From a virus (lineage: Duplodnaviria > Caudoviricetes): a DNA stretch of 64,000 bases. Each line of letters opens with the position of its first letter. Within the stretch, counting starts at the first letter, position 1. The notes beneath the pieces were generated by a model. It was not told the DNA's origin and made no database searches. It was given only the letters and a program-made list of their open reading frames with translations. A program made the translations under genes and the position numbers. The stretch covers positions 12,798 to 76,797 of IMG/VR virus record IMGVR_UViG_2700988807_000001; one strand, 5' to 3'. This document shows, in pieces, positions 9,321 through 17,223 of the stretch.

Positions 9321-11480
9321 ATGACCCACATGAAGCCTGATTTCGGCGGGTATGCAACCAAGGCCAATCTCAGGTGCTCCGACGGTCGAACCATCCTTCC
9401 CGATGCTTTCAAGCATATGGATGGCATGAAGGTTCCTCTCGTATGGCAGCACGCCCACGGCGAACCCACTAACGTACTCGGTCATGCCCTTCTCGAAGCT
9501 CGTGACGGAAGCATGTACTGCCACGGGTTCTTCAACGAAACCGATGCCGGCAAGCATGCGAAGAATCTCGTCGCCCACGGCGATATCAACGCGCTTTCCA
9601 TTTACGCCAATAAGCTCGATGAGCACAACAGGGCGGTCAAGCACGGCCAGATCCGTGAAGTAAGTCTCGTGTTGGCTGGTGCAAATCCCGGAGCATTGAT
9701 TGACAATGTGAACATTGCCCATGGCGATGGTTCGATCACCACTCTGGACGATGATGTTCTTATCTACACAGACGAAACGATCGAACTCACCCATTCAGAA
9801 GAGGACAACATGACTATCGCACATGCTGACGATGAGGACCTCACCGTCCAGGACGTCTTCGAGACGATGAATGAGCAGCAGCAGGAAGTTGTTCATTTCC
9901 TGGTCGGAGAGGCTCTCGCTGGAGCCGGCGCCTCCGCTAGCCACGCTGCTGGTGACGAGGAAGACGACAGCGAAGATGACGGTAAGGACAAGACCGTCAA
10001 GGAGATCTTCGACAGCATGACTGAAGAGCAGCAGAATGTTGTCTTCTTCATGGTCGGCCAGGCTGTTCAGGAGGCCGAAAAGGCTTCCGCCAACAAGTCT
10101 TCGGACACCGAGTCCGGCGACGACAAGACCGCTAAGCACGCAGATACCCTCTCGGAAGGATCCAACATCATGAGCCACAACGTCTTCGAGCGCGCTGCCC
10201 TTTCGGCCGACGACACCAACGGCAAGGCCCTGTCCCACTCGGAGATCGTCGAGGCCACGTCGAGCATCTTCTCGGCTGCCGCTCGCACCGGCTCCATCAA
10301 GGAGGCCGCGGAGGAGTACGCCCTCAAGCACGGCATCGAGGACATCGACGTTCTGTTCCCGGACGCCAAGGCTGTCACCGCCACGCCCGAATTCATCAAG
10401 CGTCGCACCGAGTGGGTCTCCGAGGTCATGAGCGGTTCGCGCCACACCCCGTTCTCCCGCATCAAGAGCCTGACGGCCAACCTGACCTTCGACGATGCCC
10501 GCGCCAAGGGTTACGTCAAGGGCAACATGAAGAAGGAAGAGTTCTTCCGGGTCGCCAAGCGAGTCACCACCCCGCAGACCGTCTACAAGAAGCAGAAGCT
10601 GGATCGGGACGACGTCCTGGACATCACCGATTTCGACGTTGTCGCCTGGCTCAAGGGCGAGATGCGTCTCATGCTCGATGAGGAAATCGCTCGCGCGGTT
10701 CTCATCGGTGACGGTCGCTCGGCCGAGGACGAGGACAAGATCTCGGAGGAGCACATCCGTCCGATCGCTAACGATAGCGACCTCTTCGTCACCTACGTGA
10801 ACGTCGACCTGAGCGGCGGCACGGCTGACAAGATCGTCGATGCTCTGACCCTGCAGCGTCGTCACTACCGTGGTTCGGGCAACCCGACCTTCTTCACCAG
10901 CGAGACCATCCTCGCTCAGATGCTGCTGCACAAGGATTCGCTGGGTCGCCGCATCTACGCGACGACTGCCGACCTCGCGGCCGCTCTGCGCGTCTCGAAG
11001 ATTGTCACGGTCGAGATCATGGATCAGCCGTCGGTGGATGTCGTCGGCATCATGGTCAACCTGCAGGACTACACCATCGGTGCGGACAAGGGCGGCGACG
11101 TTTCGCTGTTCGACGACTTCGACATCGACTACAACCAGCACAAGTACCTGATCGAGTCCCGTCTGTCGGGCGCCCTCACGCGTCCCAAGTCGGCTCTCGT
11201 GGTCAAGGCTGTTGCCAAGTCCTCGACCCTCGTCACCCCCGAGGCTCCGACCTGGGATCCCGAGGACAAGACCGTGACGGTTCCGACCGTCGAGGGTGTC
11301 GTCTACAAGAACAAGAAGACGAACGCTACCCTGACCACGGCTTCGCCCGTCACCCTGAACGTCGGTGAAGAGCTGCACGTGATCGCCCTGCCGGCCTCGT
11401 CGAGCTACTACCTGGCCTCGACCGCTGAGGACGAGTTCCTCTTCGATTACGAGGATGGCATGCTCGGCGGCGCATTCTGA
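9321..11480 (+). CDS. Prohead protease / scaffold / major capsid protein fusion
   Basis: N-terminal HK97-type protease (VPLVWQH, ALSIYA, IREVSLVLAGANPGA), acidic scaffold repeats, capsid domain, strong codon bias. Confidence 0.9.
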   Translation: MTHMKPDFGGYATKANLRCSDGRTILPDAFKHMDGMKVPLVWQHAHGEPTNVLGHALLEARDGSMYCHGFFNETDAGKHAKNLVAHGDINALSIYANKLDEHNRAVKHGQIREVSLVLAGANPGALIDNVNIAHGDGSITTLDDDVLIYTDETIELTHSEEDNMTIAHADDEDLTVQDVFETMNEQQQEVVHFLVGEALAGAGASASHAAGDEEDDSEDDGKDKTVKEIFDSMTEEQQNVVFFMVGQAVQEAEKASANKSSDTESGDDKTAKHADTLSEGSNIMSHNVFERAALSADDTNGKALSHSEIVEATSSIFSAAARTGSIKEAAEEYALKHGIEDIDVLFPDAKAVTATPEFIKRRTEWVSEVMSGSRHTPFSRIKSLTANLTFDDARAKGYVKGNMKKEEFFRVAKRVTTPQTVYKKQKLDRDDVLDITDFDVVAWLKGEMRLMLDEEIARAVLIGDGRSAEDEDKISEEHIRPIANDSDLFVTYVNVDLSGGTADKIVDALTLQRRHYRGSGNPTFFTSETILAQMLLHKDSLGRRIYATTADLAAALRVSKIVTVEIMDQPSVDVVGIMVNLQDYTIGADKGGDVSLFDDFDIDYNQHKYLIESRLSGALTRPKSALVVKAVAKSSTLVTPEAPTWDPEDKTVTVPTVEGVVYKNKKTNATLTTASPVTLNVGEELHVIALPASSSYYLASTAEDEFLFDYEDGMLGGAF

Positions 11481-11491
11481 TCTGAGTCAGA

Positions 11492-11845
11492 ATGGCTAAA
11501 TTCTGCGGTGTAGTCGGCTACGCCAACGCCGTGGAATCTCCTCTGGGATCGGGCATCTGGGTTGACCAAGTTGTAGAACGAAAGTACTACGGCGACGTCG
11601 TCCGGACTGCCCGATCCCTGAGGGAGGGAGAGAATCTCCACGACGATATTACTGTCAGCAACTCGATCTCCATCGTAGCTGATGCGTATGCTCGGAATCA
11701 TTTCATCAATATGCTTTATGTTCAGTGGTCGGGGGCACGCTGGGTCGTCTCAAATGTCGATGCGACGTCGCCCCCGCGGTTGGTATTGCAGTTAGGAGGG
11801 ATCTACAATGGGGAAACCCCGGATGCAACTCCAGGAACTCCTTAA
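11492..11845 (+). CDS. Head-to-tail connector (stopper-like)
   Basis: Size and position after the capsid gene; WVVSNVD..PRLVL ending. Confidence 0.65.
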   Translation: MAKFCGVVGYANAVESPLGSGIWVDQVVERKYYGDVVRTARSLREGENLHDDITVSNSISIVADAYARNHFINMLYVQWSGARWVVSNVDATSPPRLVLQLGGIYNGETPDATPGTP

Positions 11846-12110
11846 GCAGATCGCTGCTAACGTATATTTCCAGCCGCCGAACAACACGCAGATGAAGTAC
11901 CCATGCATCATCTACAATCGTGAGGCTACGGATACCGAGTTCGCGGACAATAGTCCGTATCGGCACACCAAGCGATATTCAGTCACCGTCATCGACAAGA
12001 ATCCGGACAGTCCGATACCGGACAAGGTCGCTCAACTCCCTATGTGCGCACACAACCGGTTCTTTGTCAATGATGGCTTGAATCACGACGTTTTTTCATT
12101 GTACTTCTAA
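11808..12110 (+). CDS. Tail terminator-like protein
   Basis: NVYFQPP..MKYPCIIY motif; immediately before the major tail gene. Confidence 0.7.
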   Translation: MGKPRMQLQELLKQIAANVYFQPPNNTQMKYPCIIYNREATDTEFADNSPYRHTKRYSVTVIDKNPDSPIPDKVAQLPMCAHNRFFVNDGLNHDVFSLYF

Positions 12111-12125
12111 CAAGGAGCCATAAAC

Positions 12126-13013
12126 ATGGTTGCAATTCAGTGGGACAAGACCGGCGAGCGGCTCTACGAGACCGGCGTCGATCACGGTGTCCTGTACATC
12201 CCTGACGCACAGGGCAAGTACGAGGTCGGCTACGCCTGGAACGGTCTGACGTCCGTCTCGGAGGCTCCCTCGGGTGCCGAGTCCAACCCGCAGTACGCGG
12301 ACAACATCAAGTACCTGGACCTCATCTCGGCGGAGGAGTTCGGCGCCACCATCGAGGCGTTCACCTACCCCGAGGCGTTCGCTCAGTGCGACGGTACCGC
12401 CATCATCGGCGGCATCCAGCTCGCTCAGCAGGTTCGTAAGAAGTTCGGGTTCTCCTACCGGACCCTCGTTGGAAACGACCTCGTCGGTACCGACTACGGT
12501 TACAAGATCCACCTGGTTTACGGCTGCCAGGCGGCTCCGTCGGAGAAGTCGCGTTCGACCGTCAACGACTCGCCCGAGGCTGCGACCTTCAGCTGGGAGA
12601 TCACGACCAGCCCGGTCGACGTTCCCGGCATCAACCCCTCGACGGGCAAGCCCTACCGTCAGACCGCCCACCTCACCATCGACTCCACGAAGGTGACGCC
12701 GGCGAAGCTGAAGGAGCTTGAGGACATCCTTTACGGCACCGCTGGTGTCGATCCCCGGATGCCCTACCCGGCCGAGGTTCTGGCGATGTTCGAGGGGGAC
12801 ACCATCGAGGTCTCCCCGGCCGCGCCGACCTACAGCTCCGCGACCAAGACCATCACGATCCCGACGACCCCTGGTGTGGTCTACAAGATCGATGGTAACC
12901 CGGTCTCGGGCAGTGTCGTCATCACCGAGGACACCGTTGTGGTTGCCGAGCCGGCTCCGGGCTACAAGTTCCCGTCGGTCACGGACGACGACTGGCTGTT
13001 TGACTACGCGTAA
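12126..13013 (+). CDS. Major tail protein
   Basis: YETGVDHGVLY..AWNGL..YADNIKY; strong codon bias; C-terminal Ig-like extension. Confidence 0.85.
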   Translation: MVAIQWDKTGERLYETGVDHGVLYIPDAQGKYEVGYAWNGLTSVSEAPSGAESNPQYADNIKYLDLISAEEFGATIEAFTYPEAFAQCDGTAIIGGIQLAQQVRKKFGFSYRTLVGNDLVGTDYGYKIHLVYGCQAAPSEKSRSTVNDSPEAATFSWEITTSPVDVPGINPSTGKPYRQTAHLTIDSTKVTPAKLKELEDILYGTAGVDPRMPYPAEVLAMFEGDTIEVSPAAPTYSSATKTITIPTTPGVVYKIDGNPVSGSVVITEDTVVVAEPAPGYKFPSVTDDDWLFDYA

Positions 13014-13044
13014 GGTCTCTTCGTTCGAGAGTGAAGGTTAAGGT

Positions 13045-13599
13045 ATGCTCCAGCTCGACGTCGTCATAAAAGAGGACTTCAACGACGACACTCAAGAGTT
13101 CATCATCACGACATGGCCGTTGCGGCTGGAGCACTCCTTAGTATCACTGTCAAAATGGGAGTCGAAGTACGAGAAACCATTCATCTCTTCAGACAAGTCT
13201 GAGTCGGAGATCTTGGATTACGTCTTGATGATGGATCTTAGTGACGAAACTCCCCCGGAGGTTTATCAGAACATCTCCAATGAGCAGTTTCTTCAGATCA
13301 ACGAACACATCAACGCCAAGATGACGGCTACTTGGTTCAGCGATAAAAAGAAGAAAAAGGTGCAGCATCAGATCGTCACCAGTGAATTGATCTATTACTG
13401 GATGACATCTTACGAGATCCCTTGGGTGGCAGAGACTTGGCATCTGAACCGTCTCTTCACCCTGATCGAGGTCTTCAATGCTGAACGAAGCACTACACAG
13501 AAGACCAACAAACCGACTCGTTCCGAAGCCGAGAGTGCTGCTGCTCAGCGAAGGGCTCTGAATGAACAGCGTAGGAAGGAGTTGGGTACCAGTGGCTAA
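13045..13599 (+). CDS. Tail assembly chaperone-like protein
   Basis: Follows the major tail gene; LEHSLVSLSKWESKY and WHLNRLFTLI. Confidence 0.6.
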   Translation: MLQLDVVIKEDFNDDTQEFIITTWPLRLEHSLVSLSKWESKYEKPFISSDKSESEILDYVLMMDLSDETPPEVYQNISNEQFLQINEHINAKMTATWFSDKKKKKVQHQIVTSELIYYWMTSYEIPWVAETWHLNRLFTLIEVFNAERSTTQKTNKPTRSEAESAAAQRRALNEQRRKELGTSG

Positions 13600-13617
13600 C
13601 ATTCGAGAGGAGGTCGG

Positions 13618-14421
13618 ATGACCAAGATCGACTGGAACAACGTCGGACAACGGCGCTATGAAGTTGGTATTGACCGTGGCGTCCTTTACCTTCCCAGCGA
13701 AAACGTGGCTGTTCCGTGGAACGGATTGATTTCCGTCGACGAGGTGTCCGACACCACTATTGAGCCACTCTACTTGAACGGCGTCAAGTATTTCGATTAC
13801 GTCTCTCGGGGCGACTACAAGGGAACGCTGAAAGCGTACACCTATCCCGAAGAGTTCGAGCTGTATGACGGAGTTCGTGAATCTCCTGGTAACGGCATTT
13901 TCGTCACTGGCCAGATTCCGACAGGAACATTCCATCTGTCTTATCGAACGTTGGTTGGAAACGATGTCGAGGGTATCAACGGTGGCTACAAGATCCACAT
14001 CTTGTACAACCTGACCGCCAAGCCCTCGAACAAGTCGTATACCACACTGGCCAACAACCCTAGTGGGTACGCTTTCAGCTGGGATCTTTCGTCGGTCCCA
14101 GTCGAGGCGTTCAATCTTCGACCGACTTCGCACATTATCTTCGACACGACTAAGATGCACGAAAGTGCTATCTATGAGATCGAGCGTGTTATTTACGGGA
14201 CGGCTACAACCAACCCGAAGATTCTAACTCCAGATGAGTTCGAGCTCCTGACGAACACGGCTCCGGAGATCACCATCGTTGATAACGGCGATGGAACCTG
14301 GAGCGCTACTGGCTCCGACTACTACATCAAGGCCAATCGAGCGTTCGGCGAATTCACCATTCTCAAGGCCAACGCCGAATACATTGACGAAAACACTTAC
14401 GATATTTCGTCGAACGAATAG
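13618..14421 (+). CDS. Major-tail-protein paralog (minor tail tube protein)
   Basis: Aligns with 12126: YEVGIDRGVLY..PWNGL..AYTYPEEF..SYRTLVGND..GYKIHILY. Confidence 0.8.
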   Translation: MTKIDWNNVGQRRYEVGIDRGVLYLPSENVAVPWNGLISVDEVSDTTIEPLYLNGVKYFDYVSRGDYKGTLKAYTYPEEFELYDGVRESPGNGIFVTGQIPTGTFHLSYRTLVGNDVEGINGGYKIHILYNLTAKPSNKSYTTLANNPSGYAFSWDLSSVPVEAFNLRPTSHIIFDTTKMHESAIYEIERVIYGTATTNPKILTPDEFELLTNTAPEITIVDNGDGTWSATGSDYYIKANRAFGEFTILKANAEYIDENTYDISSNE

Positions 14422-14434
14422 TTAGGAGACAGTC

Positions 14435-14938
14435 ATGGCGCAAGTAACCGTCAGGTCGCTGACCGCTGAGCGAATGATCGAAATCGAACAGTCGGCTGTC
14501 GTCTCCGGCGTCGTTCAGGGCGATATTCTCATTCTCGTCACCAAGGCCGGAACCAACATCACGGCCGGCAATGTTCGAGGACCAAAGGGCGACAAGGGCA
14601 ATAAGGGTGATACCGGTGCTCCCGGTGGCGCTCAGCTCGGCGGCAACCTCGGCGGAACGTTGTCCGTCCCGAAGGTTACCGGGCTGCTCGACAGCACCGT
14701 CGATGTTACAAACACTAAGATCAACACTGAGTTTGACTTCGGTTCTGGGCCTATAATGGTCAGCATGCCTTTGGAAGATCTTCTCACTACGGTTCTTTCT
14801 TACGGTCCTGCGATCGAACATAGTGTGCGGAGAAAGGGTCGAGTCGTAACTCTCTGGTCTGGTTCTCAGGCCGAATGGAATGCTCTTCCGCCCGAGGAGA
14901 GGAATGATCCAGGCTTTGTGGCGGTGATTGTCGGATGA
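14435..14938 (+). CDS. Minor tail protein with short collagen-like repeat
   Basis: GPKGDKGNKGDTGAPG. Confidence 0.7.
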   Translation: MAQVTVRSLTAERMIEIEQSAVVSGVVQGDILILVTKAGTNITAGNVRGPKGDKGNKGDTGAPGGAQLGGNLGGTLSVPKVTGLLDSTVDVTNTKINTEFDFGSGPIMVSMPLEDLLTTVLSYGPAIEHSVRRKGRVVTLWSGSQAEWNALPPEERNDPGFVAVIVG

Positions 14939-16002
14939 GCATTATTACGAATGGTGTGAATCCTTCGGCGGTATATTCGGGCGGCAATGCCGACACAATG
15001 ATTCTGGCGGGGGCCGGAAGTGGAGTTCTAGAGCAGTTCCCCTATAACACCAACGTGACGATGTCTTACGACTTCGCCAATCCGTTGGAAGAGAAGTGGT
15101 TCCCCATTTCCGGGTTCGATAGTCGGACGAGCATCAACTCCGATTACAGGCCTGGGATGGTCATTGGTGGAAACTATATTTCTCAGGTGAATGCCGACCA
15201 CACCCATCACGTCCGTCTTCTCAATCGTCAGATGAACGGAAACATTCTCCACGTCGAGGTTGTGATTGCTAACCAGTTGTTCTCTCTGGCTCTGCCATCT
15301 TATTTGGTTTTGGCGAGCAACCCCTACGCAAACGTAGCTTTGATTGCCGAATTCGGAAACAACGGCGTTCGAGTATTTCCAATCAGTGGGGCTACTGTTC
15401 AGACGCAGTATCGCCATGAAGTATTTACTCCGATCGCTGTCGGAAATCGTCTCCGAATTTCTTGGATCAAAGACTGGGTTACGGTCTACGTCAATGATGT
15501 GGCCATCGAAAGTTTCTACGAGCCATATTACCGAGCAAACTTTCGTAATCGACCGGGATTCATGTATCCGGGCATTGGGCTCTACTCGGGGCCGAACAGC
15601 GTATATTCTACACCCATCGGTAAGGTGACGTTCTCTGGGTCCGGTTCGAGTATGGCCACAACGCTTGAGCATGTTGCACAAGCTTACATGTCGCACATTG
15701 ATATTCCTCTTAATGCTTGGACTGAGGTTGCGCGAGTATACACAAACCTTACGTCTGGAACAGCTAGAGTCCAGCTGCTAGGTGCTATGTGGAAGACAAA
15801 CATCTCGACAAGTACGAGAAATTTCAGAATGTCTTTGAACGGTACGGTGCTCGGAACCATAACCGATCGAAACGGCGGAACCTTGGATTTTCCGAACACC
15901 AACGTCCCGGCGAATTCGGTCTTGACTGCAGAGGCGTTCACCAACTCTTCTACGGCAGTAAACCGCGTCGTCGGAGCCGGCACATTGCGAGTCGGTTTGT
16001 AA
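14935..16002 (+). CDS. Minor tail / putative receptor-binding protein
   Basis: Beta-rich, lower GC, located in the tail module. Confidence 0.6.
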   Translation: MSIITNGVNPSAVYSGGNADTMILAGAGSGVLEQFPYNTNVTMSYDFANPLEEKWFPISGFDSRTSINSDYRPGMVIGGNYISQVNADHTHHVRLLNRQMNGNILHVEVVIANQLFSLALPSYLVLASNPYANVALIAEFGNNGVRVFPISGATVQTQYRHEVFTPIAVGNRLRISWIKDWVTVYVNDVAIESFYEPYYRANFRNRPGFMYPGIGLYSGPNSVYSTPIGKVTFSGSGSSMATTLEHVAQAYMSHIDIPLNAWTEVARVYTNLTSGTARVQLLGAMWKTNISTSTRNFRMSLNGTVLGTITDRNGGTLDFPNTNVPANSVLTAEAFTNSSTAVNRVVGAGTLRVGL

Positions 16003-16017
16003 CTTCAAAAGGATAGG

Positions 16018-16821
16018 GTGGGGATTAACATGCACATCATCTACGCTGACGGCATCGGGAGTAGCGCTCCGGGACTAACCACCAGTCAGTCCATTCTGCA
16101 CAAGGTTGTCGAGCGTCTCATCGAACACAATCCGGTTCACACCAAGTCTCGTGTCGAATGGCCTGCGTCTATGGCGTCGGTAGGCGGACCTCTGTCTTGG
16201 ACCGAAGCCTCGAAGATTGGTGTCGCCGATGTTAATCGCATCATAGACACCCACAGTAATCCGGGTAAGCAATTCATCCTGCTCGCATATTCTGGCGGAA
16301 ACCGCGTGATCCACGAGTGGATGGAGCAGAACCCGGAGAAGCTTCACAAGATTGCTGCCGTTGGTCTCATGTCCGATCCTTGGCGACCTCGAACCCGTCA
16401 GCAGTACGGGCTGCCTCCGACCGTTGGTTGGGGTATCTGTGGCGAGAAGCTCGGACCCATCATCTCGCATACCTTCTGGGTGAGTGCGCCTGGCGATGCG
16501 ATCTCCGACGCTCTTCCTGATGCCATTCTTCGAACGGCTGCCGACGTGTCTGACGTTATGCCTGGTCAGTTCCTTGGCGATCTCGGACGTCACGTCAAGG
16601 CCGGCGATCTCCAATTGGCGTGGAAGATTGGTGAGATCAAGAAGAATCCTCTCGGATGGTTTCTTGGTCTTGGTCCTCGGCTCCAGCAGGCCCGCATCGA
16701 CATCAACGGTTACATGGGCGGAAACCACACCACGGCGTATCTTACGCCTTGGAATGGTGGCCCTTCGTTGGCGCATCGACTGGCTGACACCATCAATTTC
16801 CACATCTCACACCCTAGCTGA
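16018..16821 (+). CDS. lysB: Lysin B-like cutinase / serine esterase
   Basis: Alpha/beta hydrolase pattern: VEWPAS, nucleophile elbow LAYSGG, GLMSDP, GDAI, late His (NHTTAY). Confidence 0.75.
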   Translation: MGINMHIIYADGIGSSAPGLTTSQSILHKVVERLIEHNPVHTKSRVEWPASMASVGGPLSWTEASKIGVADVNRIIDTHSNPGKQFILLAYSGGNRVIHEWMEQNPEKLHKIAAVGLMSDPWRPRTRQQYGLPPTVGWGICGEKLGPIISHTFWVSAPGDAISDALPDAILRTAADVSDVMPGQFLGDLGRHVKAGDLQLAWKIGEIKKNPLGWFLGLGPRLQQARIDINGYMGGNHTTAYLTPWNGGPSLAHRLADTINFHISHPS

Positions 16822-16842
16822 TCTTCAAAGGAGGAAGTTACC

Positions 16843-17223
16843 ATGGCAATCTCGTTCGAAACCTCTGGTAGCTTCCAGAACACCGAGCGGCGTCTTAAAA
16901 GGATGTCCAAGCCGGACATTGGTCGGGTCTTGAACACCTACGGCGCCCTCGGTGTTGCCGCTTTGAAGGCCTACACACCGGTTGATTCGTCTGCGACCGC
17001 CAATGCGTGGTACCACAAGGTGACGAACAAGGGCGGCTCTTGGGAGCTCTCTTGGCACAATCAAAATGGGAGTGCAGATACTCCAATCGCCATCATGCTT
17101 CAGTACGGCCACGGTACCGGTACTGGCGGATACGTTGCGGGGCGCGACTATATTAACCCCGCAATTCGACCCATCTTCGACGCGATTAAATCCGCTGTGT
17201 GGAAAGAGGTGACACGTACATGA
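16843..17223 (+). CDS. Tail completion / neck protein (HK97 gp10-like)
   Basis: TPVDS..TANAW, LQYGHGT, DYINPAIRP. Confidence 0.7.
   Translation: MAISFETSGSFQNTERRLKRMSKPDIGRVLNTYGALGVAALKAYTPVDSSATANAWYHKVTNKGGSWELSWHNQNGSADTPIAIMLQYGHGTGTGGYVAGRDYINPAIRPIFDAIKSAVWKEVTRT

Noticed and set aside
9795-11378. 527-aa minus-strand ORF
   Set aside because: Antisense shadow of the codon-biased capsid gene; no recognisable motifs.
13340-13362. A-rich run as a tail-chaperone programmed frameshift
   Set aside because: It simply encodes KKKKK. There is no clear slippery heptamer with an extended alternative frame, and the gene is not adjacent to the TMP.
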